A stretch of DNA of 64,000 nt from Octopus vulgaris. Its lineage: Eukaryota. Made by a program: the position numbers and the translations under genes. Under the pieces are notes generated by a model that ran no database searches, was not told the DNA's origin, and was given only the letters and a program-made list of their open reading frames with translations. The stretch lies in the NCBI GenBank assembly GCA_951406725.2, contig OX597814.1, positions 128,402,001 through 128,466,000 on the forward strand, written 5' to 3'. This document shows, piece by piece, positions 39,746-53,441 of this stretch (position 1 is the first letter of the stretch; each line of letters starts with the position of its first letter).

Positions 39746-41247
39746 TTATATTAAAATGGGTTTGTGGAAAAACTAATTTAAATAAAAAGAGTTCTTGGTA
39801 GTGAAAAGGTTGGGGACCACTTAACTAAGCATTCCAGCTATGACCATCCCAACTTCTAATGGGATATTTGACTACTATTTTCACCAGGTTGAATGAGTGT
39901 TGAAAGGCTTTCTCGTTGGTTGATATACCTATAGGTCAAAACCTTAGGGTAAGATGTAGCGAGGAAGAACCGAGAGAGTAACAATTTTGGGAAGAAAGAA
40001 TTTAGAAGTTGCTTAAAGCAGAGCCTAGGAAGTGATGCACAACAGGAGAGACGAAAGAAGAGACAGGTGGAAGAGGAGGATATGCAACTAACTAGTTCAG
40101 AGGACCAGTGCCTGTTGTAGCAAATATAAAACAATCAGAGAAAGGAAGATATGTATCTTTGATCTAGAGGCACATTGATGAGTTATACATCTTTTAGCAT
40201 AACTTTGGTGAAAAAGATAACCAAACTTAATATGCACACACACACTACCCAAGTGAATGTGTTTCTTTATGTCTCTTTTACTCTTTTACTTGTTTCAGTC
40301 ATTTGACTGTAACCATGCTGGAGCACTGCCTTTAGTCGAGCAAATCGACCCCAGGACTTATTCTTTGTAAGCCTAGTACTTATTCTATCAGTCTCTTTTG
40401 CCAAACCGCTAAGTTATGGGGACGTAAACACACCAGCATTGGTTGTCAAGCGATGTTGGAAGGACAAATATATACACACACATAAATATATATATATATA
40501 TACATATATACGACCGGCTTCTTTCAGTCTCTGTCTAACAAACTCACTCACAAGGCTTTGGTCGGCCCAAGACTATAGTAGAAGACACTTGCCCAAGGTG
40601 GCACGCAGTGGGACTGAACCTGGACCCATGCGGTTTGTAAGTAAGCTAATTACCACACAGCCACTCCTATGCCTGTCTATATGCGTTCTATAAATTGCTT
40701 CCACTTAACATTACAGTAGCAATATTCTGATTTCCGAACATACATCATAATATATTAAGAAATTCCAGCATCCTACCTCATGCTTCATCTTGCTAACCCT
40801 CTCACACTATCCCTCTCTGTTGACCTTCCACCCTCACTCTCTACATCATTCCTTCAATTTGCTTCCTTCATCATTTACTTACCATATTTGATGGCATAAA
40901 AGACACACACCAATTTCAACAGCACATATTCAGGAAGAAAAGATTTTAGTGCTTTAAAGCAAGTAATATGCCATAAAAAAAACAGTACCTTCAATCGGAA
41001 AGGTAACATCCTTCTCGTTCTACTCTCAGATGAAGGGAAAGGAGAAGAAATGTTACATTCTTCACTCCTCCCACTAATTAAACTTACCAAAACTCTTATG
41101 AACCAATGATATCAGTATAAACCATCACCAGTGCCATAAAATTCTAGACCTTGCCAAAAACACACATATCAAGCTCAGTGGAAAGAATTATAATAGAATG
41201 AATGTAATATACAACTGACTTTTTAAAGTGACTGAAAAGACACTTAC

Positions 41248-41409
41248 CTGTCCAATAAAAACTAAATACCCTGTTACATGTGAAGAACTGTTATTCCAAA
41301 CTTCCTCCATAGATCGGAATGTTGACCCAACATAGCAGTTCACAAGTGCTAAAGGCATCATTCCTATTACAGAAGCAATAGAGTAGACTGGCATTGAAAC
41401 ATGTGTAAG
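41248..41409 (-). CDS. TMEM64: TMEM64-like (DedA/VTT, SNARE-associated domain) internal exon, 54 aa
   Basis: Acceptor ctcttcaacag|CTT and donor CAG|GTAAGT, both phase 0. Peptide LTHVSMPVYSIASVIGMMPLALVNCYVGSTFRSMEEV...GYLVFIGQ resembles TMEM64 as I recall it (YLMASSVGLLP..LLNSYLGTTLRTMEDV..GYFVFCLQ). Confidence 0.85.
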
Positions 41410-41533
41410 CTGTTGAAGAGAAAGAAAGAGAGAAATAAAGAAATGCTTACTGAATAATAATATTTTAAATAAAAACTCAAAGAATTGCAATGTTTTCTAC
41501 CAAATATAACAATGTCCAGCTGATTCATCTTAA

Positions 41534-41744
41534 CCCTTTCGTTACTGTATTTATTTTGAGATGCTCTGTGTTTCTTCCAATTATCTTAAATATAACAAAG
41601 AATTAAGTAAAATAACTTGGTTATCATTAAGCTAGTGTTAGGGACATAAATTATGACTAAAGTTTGGTGGAGGATTTTAATTCAGAACTTTTGAAAACCA
41701 GACATTTGTACTAAAGAGCCATAGCCAGGTTGATAACGAAAGGG
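41534..41744. mobile_element. piggyBac-like MITE (TTAA TSD)
   Basis: TTAA|ccctttcgtta ... taacgaaaggg|TTAA. Confidence 0.75.
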
Positions 41745-42257
41745 TTAAAAGAGGGGGGGAGGGGGAGAGTGTGTGTGTGTGTATGAGAGAGAGAGAGAGA
41801 GAGAGGGGAGTGACTATTAGCTGGGAGTTTTACAATGGTAGTTTTTTTTCAGGAATGAATAAATAGAAATGACAGAAGAGAGAAAATAACAACAGTGAGG
41901 ACATGTTTAACATATGTCAAACATTGAAAGAATTATGTTGGTATGCTACAGGTACAGATATGGCTTAGTGGTTAAGAAACTTGATTCCCAACCATATGGT
42001 CTTGGGTTCAGTTACAGTGAGTGGCACCTTGGGCAAGTGTCTGCTATCATATCCTGAAAGAAACCTGTTGTATATGTATGCATATAGGCACAGGAGTGGC
42101 TGTGTAATAAGTAGCTTGCTTACGACCCATATGGTTCCGGGTTCAGTCCCACTGCGTGGCACCTTGGGCAAGTGTCTTCTACTATAGCCTCATGCCGACC
42201 AAAGCCTTGTGAGTGGATTTGGTAGATGAAAACTGAAAGAAGCCCATCATATATATG

Positions 42258-42294
<37 letters not shown>

Positions 42295-44698
42295 TTGTCC
42301 CCCACCCCCCAACATCACTTGACAACTGATGCTGGTGTGTTTACATCCCTGTAACTTAGCAGTTCGGCAAAAGAGACCGACAGAATAAGTACTAGGCTTA
42401 CAAAGAATAAGTCCTGGGGTCGATTTGTTCGACTAAAGGCGGTGCTCCAGCATGGCCGCAGTCAAATGACTGAAACAAGTAAAAGAAAAAAAAATATGTG
42501 TGTGTTTCTGTATAACCTTGTCAAGACATCACGTGATGGATGTAGATGAGCATCACTGCCATACAAGTAAAGCTGTTCATTAGCAGACTTCCATAAAAAC
42601 ACATCTGACTATGAGAAAATATTACCCTGCTGGGAAATAGGGAAGGCGTCCAGCCATAGAAAATCAGCTTCAAAAAATTCTGTCTGACCCATGCAAGCAT
42701 GGAAAAATGATGATGATGATGAATGAGGTATAAAAGAAAAATGCAGTAGTTGTTATTAAGTGGCAGTAGTGGTGGTAGTAATGATGACAACAGTGGTAGT
42801 GATGGTGGTGGTGGTGATCATATTGGCAAGCTATGGCAGGAATTTTAACTGACAAATTAATTCAGATCTGCTGCTATAAAGACTCTTGATGACATTTGAC
42901 ATTTCTTTTTAGGAATAGCTCTCCTATGACCTAACACGAGTTTAGCTCAATACAAAAACTAAGAGAAGAACTACAACTTTATAAATGACAAATAATTGCT
43001 GAACTATGACAAATTTCTTAGAGTACAAAAAGTAAACTTTAACAATTATAACATTGAGCAAATTAAATTATTTCATCATCATTTTTACATCCACTTTTCT
43101 ATGCTGGCATGGGTTAGACATCTCCATTTCACCTGTTTTACTTCTCCACTTGTTGTGGTCCTTCAATATCTCTTTTGTGAGGTCCAGTATTCTCGATCTT
43201 GGTTTCAAATCTCACTCATTTCCCACCCTCTAACACCCCCCCACACACACACACACTCTCATAACCTCCATCTCCTCACACTCCAGGTCCTGTTGTCCCC
43301 CTTTCACTTCTCCTCACCTCAAATACCCACTATTTCTATATCCTTCCACCTCCACCTCATCACTCTAATTCTTTCTTCTAAAATGTGAGTCATCATGTAG
43401 CTTCTCTACAGTAAAAAACCTGTTTTGCTCTGGGCCCCTTCTCACATATTTTAATACTTAATCTCCAAGCATAAAGCTGCCCACCAGGTTTTGTAGCACC
43501 CAGTACACTCTGTACAGTGGTTGGTATTAAAAGTGGCATCCAGTTGTAGAAACTACACCAAAGCATATACTAGAGTATGATGCAGTTTTTGAACCCAATG
43601 AATCGTCTCAAACCATTCAACCTATATCAGTAAGAAACCTGGATGTTAAACGATGAACTTTTTACAAATCTTATTTGCTAATGTAGGCTTCTAAGTTTCT
43701 CATTCATTATAATTTAGTTGGTAGACCACCACTACTGTTCTATAATCTCAACCAGTTGCAATTCTCTTCTACCATGTTGAATTTTATTGTGTTCCCATCA
43801 GAGAAGTTCCTAGCACATATCCTCCATTTAACATCAAAACTGTTACAAGTACTGATCTGTTACATGACACAACAACCAACAAGTAAATAACAGGTGTCTT
43901 TTTATTATTCTTTTTTACAACTAAACAATTTACATCTGTCATATATTTTAACAATGTGACATCAACTACCAGACATGGCTAAATTTATAACATCAGTCTA
44001 ACTAGCATTCACTCAAGAACTTTCACTTCAATATTTTAATGACACAAACATGTGTGAATGAAGCTACACTTTGTCGACTTTTCAAATATTTAAATCTTAT
44101 GTCAGTTTATCAAGAGTTATATTGAACAAACACACAATTTTTTTTATATATCAGAGAGACAGTCAGTTACTCAAAACTTGCTCAACATAAAAAATATCAA
44201 TCAGCCATGGCTGTATGGTTAAGAAGTTTGCTTCCCAACAGCAGGGTTTCAAGTTCAATCCCACTGAACTTTTACATATACATATCTGCATATGACCCGT
44301 GAATGATTTTCTATTTTCTGCCTTTTCGCCACTGAACACCTAGCGTGCTAGTCAACTTTTTCTCCTCTCTTAGTAATTCTGTTTTTATATCCATTTGAGG
44401 ATTTCTTCCAGGAGTTAATCCATCATGCTCGTGTTTGGCCAAAAAGCTTTATTTATTGTCTTCGCTTATTGTCTCAAATTACATTTGTTTAAATTCATAC
44501 CCTGTATTGTTTTGTTTGCTTGAGCCCTAATTCAACACAAATCTTGCCGATATACGAAGTTCCCAGTCTTATCCTTAAAGGAATGAAACTGGGTATTAGT
44601 ATTTTTGGTTGATAACTGAGGAAGGATTAGGGTCCTTGTGTCTGTAATATGCGTACATTTTGTAGTACTTAATGCATTTTTCTTTTATATTATATATA

Positions 44699-45871
44699 TA
44701 CAGGGTATTAGGGGTATTTGAGGACATTTCATTTTTAGTTCATTACACCTTCAAATTATTTAATGTATCATTTTTTTTTTTTTCAGATAACCATTTCAAG
44801 ATATCATGCTAACTCAAGAAATGAAAAGGCATGCAGTCATAGTTGCAAGATCATTTGTACACAGAGTTCAGTTGGAATTAGAGGCATGTGATGGTATCAC
44901 CTGTATCAAAGAGAACAAAACATTCACAATGCTCAGACACTAAAAGGGCACTGGAATTTATACATGTTCAAAACATTATTGATGAAAACCCCAGAAGATC
45001 AATGAGGTCCATTGCTAAAGAATTTTGGGTGTCAGAGTGGACTATCAGAACTGTGGTACATCATGACATTCGATCCAAGTCCTATGTAATGAGGAAAGGC
45101 CAATTAGTGTCTGCAAAGATATAGGAAAACTGTCTCATCCATTCAAAATGGTTACTTAACAAAGTGAAAAACCTTCATGAACAAGGCATGCTTTGTCTTT
45201 TCTCTGAAGAAAAACATTGACCAGGAACAAAAGCCTAACAGAAGAAATGACAGGTGGTTATGTGCAGATCCTTCTGAAGTATCCAGAGTAATGCACACAA
45301 AATTTCCAGCAGGTGTGATGGTTTTAAGAGTGGTGAAAATAGCAAAGGTCATGTGATACCTTCCTACTTTTTTCCAAAGGTCTTAGAATTAATGCTACTG
45401 GATACACTGAAGTACTGGAAACTGTTACCAAACCCTAGATTGATGAAGTATGCAATGGAAGGCCATATGTGTTTCAACAAGACTCAGCACATTCTCACAA
45501 AGCTCTAGTCACCCAAGAATGGTTGTCAGACAATCTTTACAATTAGGTAACACCCAATATGTGTGGACTCCAAACTTGCCAGATTTGAACCCCATGAACT
45601 ACTACATGAGCGCTGTTGAAAGGGAGACTAATTGTCATCCTCATAATACCATAGCTTCACTGAAGGCTGCCATTGTCCAGGTGATGTCTAAAATGAATAA
45701 GGACCATTTAGTGTCAGCAAGCCAGCAGGTGCCTTCATAGAATAATTTGCTTAAAAACTCATTATCAAGACTAATTGCACAAATGTTTATTCAAATATAT
45801 ATTTATTTATGCTGAAATATAATTGTTTTATTGTGTACCAAAACTGTCCTTAAATACCCCTCACACCCTGT
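44699..45871 (+). mobile_element. Second maT-like Tc1/mariner remnant with both TIRs
   Basis: TIRs cagggtattaggggtatttgaggaca / tgtccttaaatacccctcacaccctg. ENPRRSMRSIAKE, FSEEKNIDQEQKPNRRNDRWL, FQQDSA, WTPNLPDLNPMNY. Confidence 0.85.
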
Positions 45872-45900
45872 GTGTGTGTGTGTGTGTGTGTGTATGTATA

Positions 45901-47523
45901 TCTCTACATATATAAAACTGAGAATGTGTGTCTGTCTGTCTGTCTATCTGTGTGTTTCCCTAAAACTTGAGAACTACACAATTTTTAACTTTTTGCCTAG
46001 GGCGAGCCCACAGCAATATCATATCTTCTCCACTACGATTCCCTAAAACTTGAGAACTACACAACCAATTCCATTCAAATTTTACACATGCCTTACTTAG
46101 GGTCCATGTAGTTTCATGGGCAAAAAAAATGTTCAACTTCTTGCCAAGAGCGAGCCCATAGCAATATCATATCTTCTCCACTATTTCAGTATTACGTGTT
46201 AAAAGTGAAACAAAAACATTTCTCTATTTTATGTCAGATGCTTTCACTTTAACAATAAAAATAATAATAACAATTGAATTATATGTAGTAAGTAATAATT
46301 AAAATCAAACTAAAGTATAATATAATCGTAACATAACAAAAGTAAAAATAGCAATTGGTATAAAATTGCATCAATGATTTGAACTTGAATAAGTGGTTTC
46401 ACATGAATGGGAATAAATTAAAAATAAAATTAGCATGTAGAAATGGAATAGTCCAGATGGAGCTGTGCTTTTACATTAGATTATCTGCTAATTAGCTAGC
46501 ATTAAGTATCTATATGAAGTTTGGCTGTATGTAATATCTGTTTTCTTGAACAGCCGCTCCTACAGAGCTGTTGGTTTATTTCTTATACATAAAGGACTAA
46601 AGCTTCAACTGCTTACTGCTTTCTGGCTCATCGTAAGGTTTGTTGTTATTATTATTACTGTTTAACTATTGTTATCACGTTTGTTGGTTCCTTGTAAAGG
46701 AAACATTGTTGTGTTGCATTTGTTAAATAATTGTAAACTGTAACCCTCCCCTTTTGGGAGAAAGAGCTTTGGTTATTGTTTAAAAATTGAATTGTGTCCC
46801 TGTTTGGGGAAATTGACAATATTTTCACTGTTTACATGGAAGCATTTTTGTTAGAATGCCTTCAATAGAAGAAAGTCCAAAAATGAATTTTGCTGCAGCC
46901 GTCGGTGGGCGCGAACTCATTGAAATTAAAGTGGAAGAAATACGGATTGATCACCGACAAAGACGGTGAATCTAGGATAACACCACCAAACGAAATAAAA
47001 CATTAAATTAAAGAAAAGACTATTGTCTATAAAGTATACAATGTAGAGAAAAAAAAAAAAGATTTGAACACCTGGAGGAAAGCACCATCGCAAAGTGTCT
47101 TGGTGCAACTATGAAAGATATCTAACTAGAGGCAGTAAATTCGCCACAATAGAAGCAAGGTTCGAGTCAACGGAGCGTGCAAGGAAGTACTCGACTTGAA
47201 CCTTGCAAAGTGGAAATATTTTATTTTTACCTTTATATCTGGGACGTAGGACATCCCGGATAAAAATTTAAAATGCCCCCCTCCCCCCACCCCAGAAGTA
47301 GAGGTAGGCTGGATTGTAGCCACACTTCTATACAAGATGGAGGAAAAGATACAATTGATCGAAATTGCAAGAGAGTATTGTTATCACTAGCGATATCAAG
47401 ATATAACTTTGTATTTTATGTGTAGATGGATATATATATATGTGCATGTAATATGTATACATATATGTACACATATATACATGCACTAGCACTATGACCC
47501 GGCAACGACGGGTCATAATGCTA

Positions 47524-47524
<1 letters not shown>
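45901..47524 (+). mobile_element. Non-autonomous Helitron, family C (~1.6 kb)
   Basis: 5' TCTCTACATATATAAAA plus (CTGT)n; 3' hairpin atgacccg-gcaacga-cgggtcat plus CTAG; internal partial tandem duplication at ~45956-46180. Confidence 0.75.
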
Positions 47525-47615
<91 letters not shown>

Positions 47616-49859
47616 TGTAGCACTCAAGCATTCCCAAATGTATTATTAGTAGCATTATCATAAACTGAAACTAACCAGGATCTCTACTTTATCAATTATT
47701 TGAACTTTATAACTAGTAACATCTATAACTTTACATGCATCATAGATTTTTGGTAGGCTCCTTGCAAGCTAAGTTTACAATATAGGTTCAATTCCTAGGC
47801 AAGCCATTTTAATACCACTTACTCATGGGATCATTTGGCATGTCTGTCAATGAGGAGCATGGCTGTCCAAGTGAACTGATTCACTTCTTGCAATGCACAT
47901 TGTGGCCTTAGGGATTTCATTGTCCCAGGGGTTCATCCAGTTGCTTATGTGCAGGCGTAGCTATGTGATTGAGAAGTCTGTTGCCCACCACATAGTTTCA
48001 GGTTCAGTTCCACTGCATGGCACTTTAGCCCTTTAGTATTCAGATTACTCAGTCAAATCTAAGGCTTATTTAGTCACATTGGGCCTCATGGAGGCAAAGT
48101 GGCTGGGTTCCCTTTTGAGCGTTGGGCCATATTGAGGCATAGTGGCTAAGTTCCATTCAAGTGTTGGGCCTACTAGTTATTATGGAATCTCCAATATCTA
48201 CAATTAAATCCTTTGTACTTTTTATTTCCTTAACATCTTGAAGTAACCATACACAATTATGATGCTGCTCATATTATATTGGCAAAGAAAACGAAAAATT
48301 TTTTTTAAGTCATCATAATCCTCATAATCAGTCAGACATTCACAAGTCTGACCCAGCCACTTTTTCAGTCTATCTTGGCATACCTCTACTTCACTATTCA
48401 CAATAAACCCAAATTGTATTTTCTTTGCCAATTGTTGTTTAACCTCATCTGCCCTGATCTAGCAGACCTATGATCAAAAGCATTCTAGCTCTAGCTATCC
48501 CATTCTTTTCTATATCAGGGTCTGTATTGTTCAATGAGTCCTTTACTTTTTCAAGGTGATATAGTGTGTGATTTGATGGAGATTTGGTTGTTATATCTAG
48601 CAGATCAAGCAAACACAGGGCTTTCTCATTACCTTGTTTTCAGCAGTTTTATCTTCAGCTTCTATTAACTCCTTACATTTCATTATCATTACTTACTATG
48701 GAGCACCAGATTATTGAAGAAGACCTCACTCTTTTATTTGTTTAATCATTGGATCATGACCATGTTGGGGCACCAGCTTGAAGGGTTTAGTTAGGCAAAT
48801 CACCAGTACTTACAGTTATAGGAATGTAAATGAAGCAACACAAGATGTCAAGTGGTGAAGAGATAAATGAAAAGACGAAGATGCACGCATATCTTGTTTC
48901 AGTCATTTGACTGCGGCCATGCTGGAGCACCGCCTTTAATCAAGCAAATCTTTGGAAGCCTAGCACTTATTCTATGGGTCTCTTTTGTCGAACCACTAAG
49001 TTACAGGGACATAAACACACCAGCATCGGTTGTCAAGCAATGTTGGGGGGACAAACACAGACGCACAAACATATACACACGCATACATATATATATATAC
49101 ATACATATATACGACAGGATTCTTTCAGTTTCCGTCTACCAAATCCACTCACGAGGCTTTGGTCGACCCAAGGCTATAGTAGAAAACACTTGGCCAAGGT
49201 GCCACGCAGTGGGAATAAACCCAGAACCATGTGGTTGTTAAGCAAGCTACTTACCACACAGCCACTCCTGCATCTATATATATATATACATATGATGCAA
49301 TTCCATACAGTTTCCTTTACCAATCCCACTCACAAAACATGGATCAGCCTGGGGCTATAGTAGACCTGCCCAATATGCTGTGCAGAGAGACTCAACCCAA
49401 AGCCACATGGTTGCAAAGCAATCTTAACCATACAACCATGCATGCACCTATGTTTATTTTTTTCTTATATTTTGATTTTTGTATGTCTTCATCAGCGGAA
49501 GAAAGGCAGCATCCATAACCAGTTTTTAGAGCATCAGAGATGGGTTAATTAGTGTGTGTGCACGTGTTTATTGTTATTGCTTTTACATTGCAGAATATCT
49601 TTTAATTATGCCTTGCCTGGTAGCTTATATGTGTAAGTATCATCAAATAGTTTTTTTTTTATATATATATATATTAAAGCTTCTGAAAACTTGCTTATTA
49701 ACATTAACCTCATTACTTAATGTTGGAAGTTTCCAAGGATTTCGAACTTCTGTCATAAATACACCTTTGAAACAACTCACATTATGCAATGATATATATA
49801 TATATGTGAGTGTGTGTGTGTATATATATATATATGTTTATAGATATATGTATATATAT

Positions 49860-50717
49860 ATGTGTAACACATATGTGGAAATCTGTGGGTGTGTCTGTTT
49901 GTGGCGTTGTTATCTAACTCCTACATCGTTTTATCGATTTTGATGAAACTTGACAGGTGAGTAGAACTCATGTCTGGAAAAACTAGTGACATACTTAGAT
50001 AGTTGAAAAAAAAATCGATAATAGGGTCCCTGGAAGGGATTCTTATATCTACTACATATTATTTTTAAACATCCAAGGGAAATAACCTATTCACTCCTAA
50101 AAAGGATCCGTATATATATAGCCAAGGGAAATAACCCATTCATGTTCGTAAATACATAAATCAAATTGAGTATGCTTATTTCTTAGTAATTGAACTGAGT
50201 CATTTTCACAATTTATCCACTTATTTTGGTTAGTGATTTATTCACGAATATACCAACACTAGTGCCACTGAGGCTAATATTCTCTGCGAACGCACAGAAG
50301 CCCTTTTCAGAGTTATTTACTTTGAATTGTTATTATCTCATATCTGATTAGCCTGCTATTATGTAACATGCTTCATGATTTTAGTATACATACCTTATTA
50401 GTATTCCCGCCTAAGTTCTATATTCTCTGGAACGTATTAAAGCCCTTTTCAGGGTTCCTTCATTTGAATTCTTACTATCAGGTAGCTAATTTCAAGCTAT
50501 TACATAACTGGCTTCACAATTTGGGTATTCATAACTTATTGGGAATTCCTGAAAACAAGATCCTGTGTAAGACAGTTCGGTATTCTCAATAAATGCACAA
50601 AAACTGTTTTACAGGTTACATACTTTGCATTATTGTTACTGGATTAGCAAAACAATTATGAGAATTGAACCAAGGGATAAGCTCCGCTTTCCCGGGAATT
50701 ACCGGGTACATCAGCTA

Positions 50718-50718
<1 letters not shown>
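49860..50718 (+). mobile_element. Probable non-autonomous Helitron, family E (5' boundary approximate)
   Basis: 3' hairpin cccgggaattaccggg followed by CTAG|T. Confidence 0.5.
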
Positions 50719-50758
<40 letters not shown>

Positions 50759-50922
50759 CAGATTGGAGCAATCTCAAGATTAATCCGCCAAAATTGCGAG
50801 GATGATCCGGTTCTTGATTGAAGATTAAAGGCTTCAAATGACCCGTCCGTGTTTTTTGTATCGTCTATCTGGATGTTTTGCGTTCTTGTCCCATTTTGTA
50901 TTTTATATATATATATACACAC

Positions 50923-51177
50923 ACGGCAAATAAGAAAGTAGAGAGGATATAAAATAGACATCAGCCGGAAAATATTCCATTATGTCTATTTATTCCAATA
51001 TATTGGATTGATACACACACATGTATTAGTGGTAGAGATTATTGAATAAAAAGAGTTAGTAATTGGTAATCACATGTGTGTATATCAATCCAATAGATTG
51101 GAATAAATAGACATAATGGAATGTTTTCTGGCTGATGTCTGTCAATTTTATATCCTCTCCACTTTCTTATTTGCCGT
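50923..51177. repeat. Imperfect inverted repeat, ~100-bp arms, 47-bp spacer
   Basis: 50923-51024 versus 51072-51177. Confidence 0.9.
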
Positions 51178-51362
51178 ATAAATCAAGAGTAAACCACTTT
51201 TTACTCCACCCATATATAATACTCAATTGCGAGATTGCCACGCAATAACTAGCACTTGGGCATAACTGGGTACACTACAGGAGTATATTGGATAGGTACT
51301 ATCCCTTAGGTGGTTTCCCAACCTCTAACTCACATGAAAATATATATATATATATATATATA

Positions 51363-52090
51363 TTATATAAAATCTGTTCTGTCTGTCTGTGTGTGTGTCT
51401 TCTAGGATCTCGAGCATCCTCCATCCGATTGCACTCAAATTTGATATGTAGATGCTGACGGTATCAGGGTGTGTATAAGTCTTGAAAAAATTACAAAAAT
51501 CGATTCCAGGTGAGAATGCGATCAATAAAGCCGTGGAAACATACATTTGCACACGCAAGTACATCAGCTGTTGCAATCAATACTACCCGTACACGAGAAA
51601 AATGCACGTGCAGTTTGTGCAAAAAAAGCCCACTGGCTTGAAATAATGCCACAAAATGCAGTATATTTAAGAGACCGAAAAAGTAAGATGCAAAAGAGAT
51701 ATTTTCTTCAAACTTGGCATGAAGGAAGGAAAGACTATTTGGTTTCTCAAGAAGTTTTTTTTTTTGCCTTAACTTCGTTTAACAAAACCAAAAATTTTAT
51801 TGAAATAAATATGCTTAATTATTTTTTAATGAAAAGAAAACACTGATTGCTTTTTATTCAAGGAAGAAAATACTATTTTCTTGCTAATAAATGATTTTTG
51901 TTGCCTTACAGCTTTAAACCCCCAAAAAGTGTGTTTTTTAGTGAAAGAAAACCATTATTGTATTCAATCAAGATTGTTTGAGCTTTATTTCAAGGTGAAT
52001 GTAGTCAAAATACTTCAATTGAGAAAATTTGGTTTAAATGTTTGACAACTATGCACCATCCATTGGACAGTGGGGTGGGGGCGTTTTTCT
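51363..52090 (+). mobile_element. Helitron-like family D, 5' fragment
   Basis: Homologous to 1826-2332 and extends further. Confidence 0.6.
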
Positions 52091-52092
52091 CA

Positions 52093-52150
<58 letters not shown>

Positions 52151-53154
52151 TCAGAGCTATAGTAGAAAAGTAGAAGACACTTACCCAAAGTAATATATGT
52201 ACATATATATATATATATATATTACTTTGGGTAAGTGTCTTCTACTCTTCTACTATAGCTCTGACCTAACCAAAGCCTTGTGAGTGGATTTGGTAGACAG
52301 AAATTGAGAGCAGTGCACTGTTTGAGTGTGTGTTTTAATGTCCATTTTCCATGCTGGGGCATGTGTTAGACAGTTTGATAGGAGCTGGCAAGGCCAGGAG
52401 TTACACTAGGTTCCACTGTTTTGGCATGGTTTCTACAGCTTGATGCCCTTCCAAGTGCCAACCACTTTACAGAGTGTAGTGGATGCTTTTTTTATGTGGC
52501 AGCAGTACACACACACACACTTACGTATATATATCTATGAATATATATATATGTGTGTGTGTGTGTGAGTGTGTCTGTTTGTGTGTCTTTGTCTTGATGT
52601 CACATGATAGTAGTAAATGAGTGTCAATGTCATATAGGCAGTGCAATTCGTACCCACAATTCTACAAAAACAGGGGAAATATTACCTTGCTTGGAAATAA
52701 GTAAGGGATGGCAACAAAGAGATTACATTAGTAAATTTGTCCAACCCATGCCAGTAAAGGAAAGTGTACATTAAAATCATGACAGTGATGCTGCTGAAGA
52801 TGATGATGGTTAATTACTCATGGACACCATCAACATAAAAATCAACAGTTAAGTTATAAAAATACTTGATGAAATGAGCACCAAAATATAATTAAACACA
52901 CTTATGTGATGAGGGAAAGATATCATTACCTAAGTGTAAATGACCAATATTATTTTAACAAGCCTATGCTTCACTGAGGGCAAATATATGCAAGGAGTTA
53001 TCTCGCATTTCGGCCAATATTTTTTTTCCTGTTCACTTCATTAGTATGCTAACACTAACTTAATTATTACTTCTTAATGTTAAGTTATTATCAACATAAT
53101 TTATGCAGCAAACATCATAAAGCCAACTAGTTCTAGTTTAGAGAAATCTTTTAA

Positions 53155-53191
<37 letters not shown>

Positions 53192-53242
53192 AAATCTTTT
53201 AAATTTCATATATATATATATAGAGAGAGAGAAATCTTTTAA

Positions 53243-53273
<31 letters not shown>

Positions 53274-53394
53274 TATGTCATTATAAAGGAAAAAAAATTT
53301 GTTTAAAAAATTTTCTAATATTCTTCAGACATATTGACGCAAATATATATATTTTTTAACATTTAAGCCTTCTGTCGTTTTTTCACTCTTTACT

Positions 53395-53437
<43 letters not shown>

Positions 53438-53441
<4 letters not shown>

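Larger units (their letters stand above)
36490..39790 (-). mobile_element. Penelope-like retroelement remnant (probably Naiad-type): RT fragment, tandem AC-rich repeats, hammerhead-containing 3' end at (TA)n
   Basis: RT reading frame at ~39740-38940, repeated ~140-bp blocks at 37290-38945, hammerhead at 36669-36712, TA microsatellite at 36449-36490. Confidence 0.75.
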
